A stretch of DNA of 64,000 bases from NCBI GenBank assembly GCA_951406725.2, contig OX597814.1, positions 60,884,001 through 60,948,000 on the forward strand, read 5' to 3'. Below, in pieces: positions 40,503 through 55,700 of the stretch (positions are counted from its first letter, which is position 1; each line of letters opens with the position of its first letter). A model generated the notes under the pieces. That model was not told where the DNA came from and did not search any database. It worked only from the letters and a program-made list of their open reading frames with translations. The DNA comes from Octopus vulgaris (taxonomy: Eukaryota). Made by a program: the position numbers and the translations under genes.

Positions 40503-40789
40503 AGGCTTATAATAGAACTTGTGCCACACAATGGAATCAAACCTAAGACCACATGGTTGCAAAGAGAACTTCTTAAGCACACAACCATCCATGCCCACCG
40601 CCATAAAAATGTTAGGCACTTTTGCTAACAACTATATGTTTTCTTTCCTACTCCACCCCCACCCACATCCACCGCCGATGCAGTTGCACAATTGCTGCAT
40701 CTCAGTTAACATCAAAACATTGCGTATCTACTTACCAGGCCTACAACATTGATTATGGAACTCTATTATTTTTGCAACTCGCATCATAT

Positions 40790-40845
40790 AATATACATGT
40801 GTGTGTATGTATATATATATATATGCACACACACACATATATACT

Positions 40846-40895
<50 letters not shown>

Positions 40896-40955
40896 CATAC
40901 ACACATACATATATACTCATACATACACATCTATATATACAGATATATATGTGTT

Positions 40956-41000
<45 letters not shown>

Positions 41001-41056
41001 CATATGTGTGTGTATGTATACATATAGATATACACATACACACATACATTTATATA
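40790..41056. repeat. Compound (TA)n/(TG)n/(CA)n microsatellite, representative of many in the window
   Basis: Directly visible; others at e.g. 5580-5690, 11214-11400, 13875-14100, 36250-36305, 42090-42162, 47800-48390, 49108-49200, 59622-59750. Confidence 0.95.
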
Positions 41057-41849
41057 ATAGCTGCCTTTCTCTGAAAACTTGCTCTTTCTGGTAAAGACAA
41101 TTTTTTTTATTATTTATTTTATTCAATATTTTTTTATTTTTTTAATATTTTTTGAAACTTTTGATAATTCAATGTTGCATTTGGACATTTTCAAGTTATC
41201 GAAGCAAGGATTTTCACAGCTGAGTGCTCTTTCTACAGCTAACAACTCAACTCTGGTGTGGAGCCAAGGAAGCTGAAACAAGCAGACAAATGTCTTCTCG
41301 TCTACACAACGCTACAAGCCAACATCTATGTGGTCATTCAACCAGCTAGAAATAGCAACCTAATCTCTACCCCCATTACAAACTTACTATCTTTAAAGCT
41401 ATGTTGGGTGAAATTTACATTGAATATCATCCTTCGAAACACTTCATGAATAAAAATGGAGAGGTCATGCTTGGTTCACTGTTAATCATAGATCTACTCA
41501 ATCAGGGCTGACCTTGGTTAAACAACAACAAGAGCACAATTGCCCTACCAAGGTTTGAACTGTTGACATGTAGTCCAGCTGTACTTTGCCTCACGTTTCT
41601 ACCTTTATAGAAATTGCTATTAAATGAAAATATAAATGTGCCTATAAAATACTAAACATGATCTCTGGGTGACTTTAATCAGAATGTGCTATCTTCATTA
41701 CGGTTAACCATCAACATCATTGTAATTTAATGGTTATATAATTAGATTTATAATTACAGATACTCACACACACATAGACATGCACAAGCATATACTCCTA
41801 CTCATGTTCTCTTTTATCTCCTGCTCTGTCGTACACACACACATATACA

Positions 41850-41887
<38 letters not shown>

Positions 41888-42082
41888 ATCTATGTCTGTC
41901 TCTGTTTCCCTTTTTCGTAGATGCAAACATTAACACATACTCTCTGTCTATCTCTTTCCTCTCTCTGTCCTCTTTCTCTCTCTCTTTCTCAGACATACAT
42001 GACCACACAGGCTTTCTCTCTCTATTTTCTCTTTCTCTCTCTATTTTTGAGTCATATATGAACACAGCGTCTCTTTCTCTCC

Positions 42083-42165
<83 letters not shown>

Positions 42166-44674
42166 ACATACATGAGCACAAGCAGACTTTCTCTCTCTTT
42201 CTGACTTTTATAAACAACCATACACATACTACATACAGAGATATACAACATATTTTATCCATTAAAGGTAAACCTAATGAACCGTATTAAAGTCATATTT
42301 TGTTACAGAACTACTCTTCTAAATCAATAGATTAATATCTTAAATTGGTACTGTTCTCTCAGTTTTAATTATTTATCACATAATCAAAAGATGACAAATT
42401 TTAAAGACTGAATTTGCTCAATTTAATCACCCCCATTATATAACTGGTACTTGTTTTATCAATTACTGAAGGGGTGAAAGGTAAAAATTGCAAGTAGAAT
42501 ATAAAAGGACATAACAAAATAGCACAAGGCATTTTAATGATGCTCCACCGATTCAGCTGTCTACTATGGAGGTGCAGTTAATTGTTGTTTGTCTAGATCA
42601 GTGTTTTCTCAACCTTTTTTTACCTATGGACCCCTTTGATTTCTATTTTACTTGGATTGACCCTCATACCCCTCCAATGTTTAAAAAAAAAATTCTGTTA
42701 TATTTTTATAATTAAATATTAATAAAAGCTGTTAAAATATTTTGGGTATTGTAGAAGTATAGCTAATTTATTGCACATAAATTTTAATGACAAAATCGTA
42801 TATGGACCCCCCAGGGCCATATGGTTGCATTTCTTATTATTGCATTACAAAGCTAAATTTATATATCTACACTTGTTTTACTTAGTGCATATTAGTAAAG
42901 TGCGAAGGTGCACTTTTTTACTGTATAATTGTTCCAATGTCCACCGAACCTTTCACTTATACTCCAAGCTGTTTCTCCTTTATAAGTTTCAGGGAAGTTT
43001 GCACATGATCATGATTCTTCTTGGCATCTTATACAGAATACTATATTTTTAGGTGTGACACTTTGTGGCACAGCCATTTTGGTGTTACTCATTCAGTGCG
43101 GACATATTTGACATCAGATGTTTTAATGTTTCTCAAATTCTCTCCTTCCTCACTTTCTCTGTTTATATGTGTGAACCTAATTCTCTTTATGTGTATGACG
43201 AGAGGGAAAATGTTTATCTTCATTGTGTTTATCTTCACAATGAAGATAATGTTTATCTTCATTCTTTTACTCTCTCTAATTGTATATATATATTTCTGTG
43301 TGCACATGTATATTTGTGTGTGTGTGGCCTCCTGTGCCAAAACAAGCTCAGTGTCCAGTCAGCCTTGCATCCAAACAGCTATACCCAATTGTTTCATTCT
43401 ATATTTTTTGGCACTGATATGTGGCTTTGTAGCATACACCTTATGATTATTTTTCCTGATATACTTATCAAAAGGATAAGTCTTATGAATGATTAACTTG
43501 ATGAATTTACATGGTTTTTTTGCCATGACTTTAATACTGTAATTTGATTCTCAAGGGATTTCCCGAAATCTGTTTAGCTATTTCACCATTGGATGCGACA
43601 TACACAAACTTTACATTGTCTTTCACTTGTTTCAGTCATTAGACTGTGACCATGCTGAGGCACCACTTTGAAGAGTCTTAGTTTTAGTTGAACAAATCGA
43701 CCCCAGTACTCATTTGTTTGTAAAGCTTGGTACTTATTCTGTCAGTCCCTTTTGCTGAACTGGATATGTGTGTGTGTTTGTATAATAATTAATTATATCT
43801 TTCATTACATGCTGGCTACTTCATAAAATCTTATAAAGATTTTGCACGTAAAAAGCACCATCCGATCGTGGCCGTTTGCCAGCCTCGTCTGGCACCTGTG
43901 CTGGTGGCATGTAAAAAGCACCCACTACACTCACGGAATGGTTGGTGTTAGGAAGGGCATCCAGCCGTAGAAACATTGCCAGATCAGACTGGGCCTGGTG
44001 CAGCCTTCTGGCTTCCCAGACCTCAGTTGAACCGTCCAACCCATGCTATCATGGAAAGCGGACGCTAAATGATGATGATGATGATGATATTTATATAACA
44101 GGCTTCTTTCAGCCCACCAAATTCACTCACAAGGCTTCGGTACTCCTGATACTATGTGGATGACACTTGCCCAAGTCATCATGCAGTTGGACTGAACCCA
44201 GAACCATATGGTTGGGAAGCAAACTTCTTACCACTCAGCCATGCCTGCTCCTATTATGAATCTTATTATCATACTATATACTAATCTTAACTATTGTATT
44301 ATTTTCCCTGAATTTCCTATTCCAGAATTTGTTATAATATAAAGAGCATACGGTGAAATAAATCATCTACATGATTTTTTTTATATTTCCAAACCTTTTC
44401 TTGGCTCCGTTATATATCTTGAGTCTATATCTTTGTGTATAACAGATAACTACATTCAAAGATAAAAGAACACAAGGCTGCACATTTGTGACACGTTCCT
44501 CATTACTTTTATGACATCTGCCATTAAGATGTCCAGTTTGGCAGTTTTTCAAGGATATCAATTTTTATCATCATCATCATTATATATTATTATTTTATAA
44601 GAAACATTATATAAGAGATAATTCATCATCATCATCCTCATTATTATCATCATATTACTATTATTATAATTATT

Positions 44675-45350
44675 AAGTTGATGAGCTGGTAGAATCATTA
44701 GCACGGTGGACTAAATGCTTAGCGGTATTTTACTCATTGCTATGTTCTGAGTTCAAATTCCACTGAAGTCAACTTTACCTTTCATCCTTCTGGGGGTCGA
44801 TAAAATAAGTACCAGTTGAACACTGGGGTCAATGTAATCAACTCATACCCTCCTCGAAAATTACTGCCCTTGTGGCTAAATTTGAAGCCATTTTTATTGT
44901 TGTTGTTAAGGCAGCAAATTGTCAAAGTCATTAACTTGCCAGACAAAATGCTTAGCAGCATTTTGCACATCTTTATGTCCTGGGTTCAAATTCCACCAAG
45001 GTCAACATTGCCTTTCATTTTTTCAGGGTCGCTAAATTAAGTACCAGTGAAACACTGAGGTCAATATAATTGACTTGTCCCCTTCCTCAAAATTTCAGGC
45101 CTTGTGCCTTTAGCGGAAAGGATTAATATTATTATTATTAAGGTGGCGAGCTAGCAGAATCATCAGCATGCTGGGCAAAATGCTTAGCGGCATTTCATCC
45201 TCTTTCATGTTCTATGTTCAAATTCCATTGAGGTCGTCTTTGTCTTTAAATCCTTTCAGGGTCAATAAAATAAGTGCCACTTGAACACGGGTCAATATAA
45301 TTGTCTTAGCCCTTCCCCTGAAATTGCTGGCCTTGTGCCAAAATATGAAA
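44675..45350 (+). mobile_element. Three head-to-tail copies of tRNA-derived SINE family B (Meta-domain-like gcctttcatcctttcggggtcgataaa)
   Basis: Units ~44675-44890, 44908-45125, 45139-45350 each start aagg..gagctggcagaat and contain gagttcaaattcc B box, separated by (ATT)n/(GTT)n. Confidence 0.85.
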
Positions 45351-46914
45351 TCATTTTTATTTTCATCATTAATTGGTTTGTCACAGATTTTCTATAATGC
45401 ATGTAGCATATGCACAGTTTTGATTTACCATTAATGGTTATGTTTTCTCTCCATAACACAGTATTTTGTAGTTTAATTACCCTCCTTTTGGGATGTCTGA
45501 AGGGATTGTCAATAATGATTTTTATACTGTTGTTGATGGAAATTTCTTTGTGTTGTATATGTAGTGCATTCGTCATCCCCTTGACTGTTAGTTTGAGGAT
45601 ATTATAATTCCAAGACTAATGTCATCAACATAATGAGACTGCAGTGATACAATTATGCTAGCAAAATTTTTATTTTTTTGTCTTTGGTCAGTAGGTATTA
45701 TTTCCTATTTCCTTCCGTCCAGAAATCCAAAGAAATGACTACTATTCCCTTCAAATTTTGCTTTTGGGATCTGGACATCAATGTTTTGAAACTGATCTAT
45801 TTTCTATTACATTTCAGACAGAGTCACCATTGAGTTGTTGAAGCAGAAATATCGTTATAGCAAATATTCTGCTCAGTATCACAGATTTGCTTGGCATTTG
45901 CTTGACCTTAGCCAGTTGATCATGTCCCTTAGTGGCTGATAATATGTGCATCTCTGATCATGAGCAGAAGTAGTTGGGTAGCATCATAGCCATGTGTTGG
46001 GAGGGATTCTTAGGGGTTTGAATAAATGTAACAAAAGCAAAGTTTGAAGGAAATATTAACCATTTTCATACTTTTAATGCCCACTTTTCCATGCTCACAT
46101 GGATCAGATTGAATTCAGCGAAGCAAGTTCACTGTGGCTAGATACCCTTCCTGTTGCTATCTTGTTTCCAAATAAAGTGATATATTCTCCATAGCTGGAC
46201 ATAGATCATTGGAAATGAAAGATATTACTTGAGCAGCAGTGGTGCCCATTTGCAACTATCACATGATGTTATGTATCCTTGTCTTGACAAGGACACACTA
46301 ACACACATACACATAAACACACATATATACATAAACACACACACATATGTATTCTTTTATGTTATTTATTTTTTTACTTGTTTCAGTCATTTGACTGCAG
46401 CCATGGTGGAACACCGCCTTTAGTCGAGCAAACTGACCCCAGGACTTATTCTTTGCACCCTCGTACTTATTCTATCGGTCTCTCTTGCCGAGCCGCTAAG
46501 TTATGGGGACGTAAACACAGCAAATAGGTTGTCAAGTGTTGTTGGGGGAAAACACAGACACACAAACTCACTCACACACATATATATACGACAGGCTTCT
46601 TTCAGTTTCCATCTACCAAATCCACTCACAAAGCTTTGGTTGGCTCGAGACTGTAGTAGAAGATACTTTCCCAAGATGCCATGTGTATATATATTTCAAG
46701 GGTTGAACAGAAAGAACACAACAAAAAGAAAAATTAGATGAAAACACAGCAAACAGAAAATTAGACAAAATCATGAGACACAAAAAATTCATAGTCGATA
46801 TCCTTCTCAGTCAATGACCAAGACATCCTCATGGTTTCGTGCTTTATATACATATCTGTATGTATATATATGTATATATGTGTATGAGTATATATATAAA
46901 TATATACTCACACA

Positions 46915-47037
46915 CTTTTGGGCTCAATAAAATAAGTGCTAGTTCAACACTGGGACCGATGTAATTGACTATTCCCCTCCCACATACTTCAGGCCTTGTG
47001 CCTATAACTGAAAGGATTATTGTTACTATTATTGTTG

Positions 47038-47075
<38 letters not shown>

Positions 47076-47525
47076 TAAGGCAGTGAGCTGGCAGAATTGT
47101 TAGCTCGCTGGACAGAATGCTTAGTGGTATTTCACCCTCACTATGTTCTGAATTCAAATTCCACAAAAGTTGACTTTGCCTTTCATCCTTTCGGGGTCAA
47201 TAAATTAAGTACCAGTTATGCACTGTGGTCAATGTAATCGACTGCCCCCTCCCCCAGAATTTCATGCCTTGTGCCTATTGTAGAAAGGATTATTATTATT
47301 ATTTTAGGCAGCAAGCTGGCAAAATTGTTTGAACACTGGATAAAATGCTTAGTGGTATTTTGTCTGCCACTAAGTTCTGAGTTCAAATTCCACCAAGGTC
47401 AACTTTGTTTTTCATCCTTTTGAGGTTGATAAATTAAGTAGTAGTTGTGTACTGGAGTCAATCTAATCGACTGGCCCCCTTCCCCCAAAATTTCAGGCCT
47501 TGTGTCTATAGCAGAAAGAATTATT
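46915..47525 (+). mobile_element. Tandem SINE family B array (one partial, two full)
   Basis: Same unit, (ATT)n spacers. Other copies ~1645-1860(-), 4672-4890(+), 12320-12452(-), 28570-28790(+, decayed), 54779-54992(+). Confidence 0.85.
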
Positions 47526-48339
47526 TATTTATTTGTTCTTTCAAAGAAATTGATCGGTTGTTAGAGATAAAAGTGATTCATTTGTCAGAATGTAATTAGA
47601 TGGACTGATCGACTTCACAGTGCTGTAAAACCACAAGTTGAAAAATATTAATCTACAAACATCATGTTTGTCATTAAAGGGTAATTAAAATTCATTAAAT
47701 TATGTGACATAGCTATTCTTGACATCCAAAAATTGTCTGGGTTGTGTTTTCTTTTTGTATATTTTATTAGTTTTTTTTCTTCTTTTTGCTTTTTTGTTCT
47801 TTCTTTTCTTCCAAACATCATCCCCCACCCCCACTCACTTCCTTTGCTTTCTCTCTCTTTCTCTTTCTGTCTTAACACCATCTACCACTATCACCACCAC
47901 CTGCCTTCTTTCTTTTTTGTTTCTGATCTCTATCTTCTCTCACCTTCTTCCCCATCTCTCTCTCTCTCTTTCTCTTTCTGTATTTGTCTGTCTATCTATC
48001 TATCTATCTATTTATCTCTCTGTCTATCTATGCTTCTTTCTAGTTTCTATCCTCCTTCTCTCTTACATCTTCCCAATCTCTCCCTCTCTCTCTTTCTCCA
48101 CTCTCTATCTATCTATCTATATTTATTTCTCTATCTGTATGTCTATCTATGCTTCTTTCTAGTTTCTATCCTCTTCCTTCACACCTTCCCAATCCCCCTC
48201 CTTCTCTCTATTTTCCTTCTCTCTCACACCTTCCCAATCCTATACCCTCTCTCTTTCTGCTCCCACCTTATCTCTGTCTTCCTTCTCTTTCACTTTCTTT
48301 CTAATTTCTATCTTCCTTCTCTCTTTTTCTCATTCATTC

Positions 48340-48391
<52 letters not shown>

Positions 48392-48745
48392 GATAGTCGC
48401 ATTCAATCAATCAAATTGGATGTGATTAAAATTCAAATATTTAGCCTAGATATAATTTCTTTATACTTTGAGGAGAATTTTCCATTCATTTTTTCCCTTT
48501 TTCTATTCCATGTTTCTCTTTCGCCAGAATGTCTTACCTAGATCTGTTATTACATCTTTTATTGGCATTGCTATATTTCTGTATACACACACACACTTAT
48601 ATATTAATGCTTGTTTTTATGCTTAGTTATAATAAAAGCAATTTTACATTAATCTGATGGGTAACTCTGACTTTGATTTAGTTGGCCAAAACTTCAAAGT
48701 CACTATCAACAACATTTTTGTATGAGAATAATATATATGTATGTG

Positions 48746-48789
<44 letters not shown>

Positions 48790-48791
<2 letters not shown>

Positions 48792-49104
48792 GGTGCATGG
48801 CTCAGTGGTTAGAGTGTCGAGCTTACAATCACAAGGTTGTGAGTTCGAATCCCAGACCAGGCTGCGTGTTGTGTTCTTGAGTAAGACACTTTATTTCACG
48901 TTGCTCCAGTTCACTCAGCTGTAGAAATGAGTTGCGAAGTCACAGGTGCCAAGCTGTATCAGCCTTTGCCTTTCCCTTGGATAACACTGGTGGCATGGAG
49001 AGGGGAGGCCAGTATGCATGGGTGACTGCTGGTCTTCCATAAACAACCTTGCCCAGACTTCTGCTTGGGAGGTGCAATCCCATGGTCAGTCATGACCGAA
49101 GGGG

Positions 49105-49108
<4 letters not shown>
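48790..49108 (+). mobile_element. tRNA-derived SINE family C
   Basis: A box tggctcagtggttag, B box gagttcgaatccc, gtgttcttgagtaagacacttt, end catgaccgaagggggtc. Other copies ~826-1155(+), 15261-15570(+), 30122-30447(-). Confidence 0.85.
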
Positions 49109-49180
<72 letters not shown>

Positions 49181-50454
49181 ATATATATATATGTATATAT
49201 TACATGATCACAGTTGACCAACCAGGCTATCAGATGTCGTTACACATCACTGGTCACAATGCACTTTTACACTGTTTTAGCCTTCAAATGATGCCACCCT
49301 GCTGTCTAGGTGAGCAGGCCAATGATCCCCCACTGATCAAAGGGGGCCTGGACCAATGTGAAATGAAGAGTTTTACTCAAGAAGACAATGTGCTGTCCAG
49401 TCAGGGAATCAAACCCACAATTTGGCCACATGCCTTCACAATATACAGGGTGCGATGAGTAAATTTTGTCGCCATTTTATATTTTTTTGTATTTCCTGCA
49501 AGTGCATTATTTGTATTTGATTTTGTCGACTACGAGAAAGTTTCTATATCATCAAATAATTGACTAGCTACAAATAGCAGCCAATTCTCCCTCAAATAAT
49601 ACCCTGCAATCATAGATGTATTCCATCAAGCCTCACTTGAAGCTAAATAACAGCAACAGGCTAGCTTTCTTGTCAAAATATTTTTCATGTTTTATGTTAC
49701 ATTTGATAGAATAATCTGAATGCTAAAGGGTTAAAAAAACAAAATTGGGGTGGACAAAATACATGATGTAGTCCAGTGGTTCTCAACCCCCTTTTGGCTA
49801 TGGACCCTTTTGTTTCCTATTTTACACTACTGGACCTCTATAGCTGTATATAAAAAAATCTTATGTTTTTATAATCAAATTCTACTAAGAATTTACCTTT
49901 TTTCTTATGCTTTCTTCAGTCATTAGACTGTGGCCATGCTGGGGCACCACCTTGAGGATGAGGAATTTTAATCTAATGAATCAACCCCAGTACTTTTTTC
50001 TTAGCCTTATACTTATTCTATCAGTCTCTTTTGCTGAACCAATAAGCTACGGGGATGTAAACACACCAACACTGGTTACCAAGTGGGGCGGGGGTGACAA
50101 ACATGAACACAAGGACACACATCAATATATATACATATACAATAGGCTTCTTTCAGTATTCATCTATCTAATCCACACACAAGGTTTTGGTCAGCTTGAG
50201 GCTATAATAGAAGGCACTTGCCCAAGGTGCCACACAGCTGGATTGAACCTAGAACCATGTGGTTAAGAAGCAAAAATAATTGTTAAAATATTTTGTATAG
50301 GTACAGGTATGGCCATGTGGTAAGAAGCTTGCTTCCCAGCCACATGGTTCCGGGTTCAGTCCCACTGCATAACATCTTGGACAAGTGTCTTCTACTATAG
50401 CCTGACCAAAGCCTTGTGAATGGATTTGGTAGGTGGAAACTGAAAGAAGCCCAT

Positions 50455-50494
<40 letters not shown>

Positions 50495-51689
50495 GATGTG
50501 TGTGTGTGTGTGTGTATGTCTTTGTGTCTGTGTTTGTCCCCCCGTCACTACTTGACAACAAGTGTTGGTGTGTTTATGTCCCTGTAACTTAGCAGTTCAG
50601 CAAAAGAGTAAGTACTAGGCAACTTTAAAAAAAATATGTCCTGAGGTTGATTTGTTCAACTAAAACCCTTGAAGGTGGTGCTCCAGCATGGCTGCAGTCA
50701 AACGACTGAAGCAAGTAAAAGAATAAAAGAATTGTAGAAACATAACCAATTTATTGCATCTAAATTTTAACAACAAAATCTTTTATGAACCCTGATTGAG
50801 GCCCACAGATGTAGACTTAAGATGTATTATATTTAGAAATTAAAAAACGAGATGGTCATGGCTGGAATATCTTTAATCATTAAGTTTGCTTGATCAGAAG
50901 TCACATTTAGCTAAACAACAATAGTATTCATCCTGTCTGTCTTATAACACAGACACTACTTGTTTTACTGGAATTACAAGAAATGGACAATGTAATATCA
51001 CCACCTCAGAATGGTCATTATTCTACTCATACTCTTCTATTATGTCCACAACATACCACACACACACACACACTCCTCAAAAAAATTTTTTTTTCTTTTT
51101 TAATAATTACTATTATCATAAAAGACTAACAAAAATGATGTAATTTGTTTAATTGTTGAACTAAATTAAGACGAATTGTTTCACTGTTTATTATTTGTTA
51201 GCAAGAGAGTGGAAAACACAACAACTAGTGAGACAGAAATCTTATATCAATTGACATTGACAAGAAATCAACTGTTTCATTCTCTTCGATTTATGTCTAT
51301 TCCCCTGTTGTTGGAATAACTGATAAATTTGTGTGAATCAAATTTCTATAAATTGTGATGTTTTTCATCAATACTTAACACTTGAAATACCAAACTAAAC
51401 TATGCAGTTATTAAAATTGATGTTTTCATTTATCTAAGGAATTATATTATATTATATTGTATTTTTTCCTGTCTTAAATTGTTGTGTTTTTATTATATTT
51501 ATTTATTTATTATTTATATTTTCCAATTATTTTTGTGTTTTGATCTTTGTCCAAACACTATTCTATATAGTAATAGTAAGCTCCCAAGTGTACTGAGCAA
51601 TGGGTTCAATACACGATTATTTATATGTATGTGTGTATGTGCATGTATATATGTATGTATGTATGTATGTGTGTGTGTGTGTGTAGTTC

Positions 51690-51895
51690 ATATTTACAGA
51701 AAGCAAAAGACGAAGACAGGTGAGGGAACAACAAGCAGGTGTATTAGTTTAATGCTCAGCAAGAATGGAAAAGTTTTTCACTTTTCGAGTCTGTGCTCTT
51801 CAACAGAAAGGATTGAGAGGAAAAAAAATGGAAAGAGAAAAAAAAAAAAACAGAGAGAGAAAAAAAACTGTGCAGGGATCAACAGTTCAACATAA
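51690..51895 (-). mobile_element. Solo, decayed terminus of the same Penelope family as 57125-57330
   Basis: Colinear with 57140-57330 (aaagacgaag.caggtg..tgtattagt..gctcag..ttcgag..gctcttcaacagaaag); flanked by (TG)n/(TA)n. Confidence 0.7.
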
Positions 51896-51899
51896 TGGA

Positions 51900-51933
<34 letters not shown>

Positions 51934-54900
51934 GTTAAAGCACTTGTGCCAGCACCACATAACAAGTGCCCTGTACACTCTGTAAAGTGGTTGGCATTAG
52001 GAAGGACACCCAGCCATAGAAGCCATGCCAAGACAGATGACTGAGGCCTGGTGCAGCCTTCCATCTTACCATCCTCTGTCAAACTGTCCAGCATGGAAAA
52101 CATGTTAAATGATGATGATGATGTATGTACATGTATGCATACACACTCACCTTCAAACAGGCACACACACACATTCACACTTATCGTCATCCTGAGCTGC
52201 TGTTAAGAACCCTCATGGATCTTATTTTACAATAACACTAAATACATGTGGATATATATAACTCTGTAGGCATATTTATTTATTCATAACAATGCTACAT
52301 TGATGCTTTAATATATAATTATTATTGTGTCGTTAACATTATGCAAGTTGTGCCTGGCTCAATCTTGCTTACATTTTTAATGAATATCCTTTATACCAGC
52401 ATCCAGGTAGAGGTGAGCAAATCCTGATGAAGAATTCAGTAACAGTGAAGCCGCTCAGCTCCATCTACATCCCAAACCATTTCAAAAGCCATTATGTGAC
52501 TAATTTTTACAGCCAAGAAAAAATACATTTGTACATGAGTCCATCCATCCATTTATTCATTCACTTTACATCCATTTTTTCCTTCCCAGCATAGGTTGGT
52601 TGAATACTTGTTGAGGTATTTTGCAGCCAAATGTCCTTCTTCTCACTAACCCATACTTATTTTATAAGTGAAGTAATTTTTTTTTTATTTCCCTTGTCTT
52701 TGAAATTACAGTGCAATAGGAAGTTTTCATCATCATTATCATTTAATGTCCACCTTCCTTGCGGCATGGTTTGGAGGGTTTGATAGGAGCTGCCCAGGCA
52801 GGACCCTGCACCAGACTTCTGTGTCTGTTTTGGCATGATTTTTACAGCTGGATGCCCTTACTAATACCAGCCACCCAGCAGGGTGGACTGAGTGCTTTTT
52901 ACGTGGCATAGGCAAGGTCAGTTTTGGTATGGTATTTACAGTTGGATGTCATCTTTTTTTTCATCAGATGCTTTTGATGTAAAAGCACAAAACATAAACA
53001 CATGCACACATACACATGAGTGCACGCACACACACACAATGAGCCTTCTATTCATACAATTCCTTCTACTATTTCTACTCACAAGGCATTGGTATTCTGT
53101 CAAATATTTGAGATTAGTCCTATAACCCTTTTGGTTTATTAGGATACCCACCACAGGTGCAGGCATGGCTGTGTGGTAAGAAACTTGCTTCCCAACCATG
53201 TGTTCCGAGTTCAGTTCCACTGCATGGTACCTTGGGTAAGTGTCTTCTACTATAGCCTCGGGCCAACCAAAGCCTTGTGAGTGGATTAGATAGACAGAAA
53301 CTAAAAGAAGCCCATTGTATATATATGTGTGTGTGTGTGTGTATATCTGTATGTGTGTGTCTCTCATCTCACCACTTGACAACTGGTGTTAGTGTGTTTA
53401 TGTCCCTGTAACTGAGCAGTTCAGCACAAGGAACTGACAGAATAAGTACTAAGCTTAAAAAACAAGTTTTACTCGGATAGACCCTCCTAGCCATTTGGAG
53501 TCTCACACCAACTGGACCCTTGTAGCCAAATCATATTATATTTTTATAATTAAATATTATCAGGAATTCTATAAAATAAGATTGTTACAATATTTTGTGT
53601 ATTGAAAAAGTATAACAAATTTATGGCAGATAAATTTTCACAACAAAATCTTATATGCACACTGGTTGAGAACCACTGTTTTAAAGTAAAATATTTAATA
53701 ATAAATATATAGAAAACTATTATTTGCATTATTTTGTTGCTCATACTTAGTATATAACATAATTATGAATCATAAATTTTTAGAGACACTTGAGTATTAG
53801 TATGGGATTTAAAACCGGCCATATCCAGCCCAAATATTCTACCTGTTTATGTACAAGTTGGCCAGATCCAGCCTCTCATACCTACCCTTCACTGTTATTC
53901 TAAAGATAAGTATCACCAAAATTTCAAAGCTGTAAGATAATGCATGATTAATTCAAAACAACATGAATAAATAAGCATAACAGTTGACAGAGTAATCTCA
54001 ACGCTAAAGGATTGTGTTATATTAATATAAAAAATTTTTAAAAAACACTTCTAGATACCCCCAGTGTGCCACTGTACACCATTTGAGAACTACATTCAAC
54101 ACACACTGACATATAGTACAATCATAGAATATACTATAAACTAGTTGTTCTCAACTGAGGTCCATATAAGGATTTTGTTGTTAAAATTTACCTGCAATAA
54201 ATTGGTTATGCTTTTACAATACACAAAATATTTCAACAATTTTCTTCTACAAATCCTAATAATATTTAATTATCAAAATATAATAGGACATTTTTCGACA
54301 TGAGTGTCCATCTGAGTAAAATGGTAATGAAAGGATTCATAGGCAAAAAATGGTTGTTAAACACTGCTGTAAACCTTACTCGTTTTAGCAATATTCACAT
54401 CCATATCATACATCAAAGGTCATTAATTGGTAGAATTATTGAAATATCAGTTTTATTATGGGATGCATTATGTTCTTTGGTCATCTTTGCTTTTCATCCT
54501 TATCCTTCTGTGATTAATGAAATTCATATTGTTGGACAAAAAGCTTTGCGGTATTTGTTTTGCCTCTTTATGTTCTGACTGCCCAGGTAGATGTGGTAAA
54601 CTTATCCATATCTAGCCAACTGAATGGTATGTTGTTAAAAAAGAATAGCCTGAAGAAGGTAACAGAAAGCCATTTTTGTGTTCTGTAAAAATCCCATGAC
54701 CAACATACAGAACTACAATGATAGTTGAAGTGAGACATCATATGGATTAACCATCACATCAATATTATCAGCTAACATAAGGCAGTGATCTGGCAGAAGC
54801 ATTTGCATGCTGGGCAAAATGCTTAGCAGCATTTCATCTGTCTTTATGATCTGAGTTCAAATTCTGCAGAGGTTGACTTCGCCTTTCATTTTTTTCGGAG

Positions 54901-55219
54901 TCAATAAAATAAATACCAGTTGAGTACTGGAGTTGATGTAATCAATTTGCCCCCTCCTCTGAACTTGCTGGCCTTGCACCAAAATTTGAAATTAACATTA
55001 TCAACCAACATCCTATATTACTGTTAATACATTGCTCATACAAAATGCACACACTTTCTCTTAATGCAGGATTCATAAAAAAGGATAACGCTTAGGAAAA
55101 TAAAGATACCTGTGATGAAAGACAAGCCAACAGGAGTGGGGATTACAGTCACTCGACCTGCCAGAAATATCAGCCTAATCTCCTTTGTATTACACTTTAT
55201 TGCCCTAAACTGTGTTTAA

Positions 55220-55700
55220 CACTGTATAACAATTTTTTTTTTGTCTTTGGTCATTGTTATTTCCTATTTGCTTCTCTCTTGAAATCAAAGCAAATGACTA
55301 CTATTCTCTTCAAACTTTGCTTTTATGATCTGAACATCAATGTTTTCAAACTGACCTTTTTTCCATTACATTTGATACAGATTCAGCACTGAATTGCTGA
55401 AGCAGAAATACCATTATAGCAAATATTCTGCTCATTATCACAGATTTGCTTGTCATTTGCTTGACGTTAACCACTTGAACATGTCTCTTAGTGGCTGACA
55501 ATATGTGCATCTCTGAGCATGAACAGGGGTAGTGGGGGGAGCATCACAGCCATGTGTTGAGAAGGATTCTTTGGGGTTTGAATAAATGTAACAAAAGCAA
55601 AGTTTGAAGGAAATATTAACCAGTTTTCATACTTTCTAAGGGTAAGAAAATCGGTAATAACAGTTGCTACCCAAGGACAAAAATCACGTTACACAGTGTA
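55220..55700. mobile_element. Non-autonomous DNA transposon with long imperfect TIRs
   Basis: acactgtataac..tgtctttgg / ccaaggacaaaaa..gttacacagtgt and internal cttcaaactttgctttt / aaaagcaaagtttgaag; second copy ~45660-46075. Confidence 0.7.

Noticed and set aside
44367-44561. Unique-looking short ORF as possible host exon
   Set aside because: No clear splice signals or recognisable protein motif.
47733-48425. 230-aa hydrophobic ORF
   Set aside because: Translation of (CT)n/(CTAT)n low-complexity DNA.
48790-48870. tRNA-like sequence with A and B boxes
   Set aside because: It is the head of a multi-copy SINE with no complete cloverleaf.
52415-52470. CTGATGA motif with distant GAAG
   Set aside because: No convincing stems; cannot be supported.
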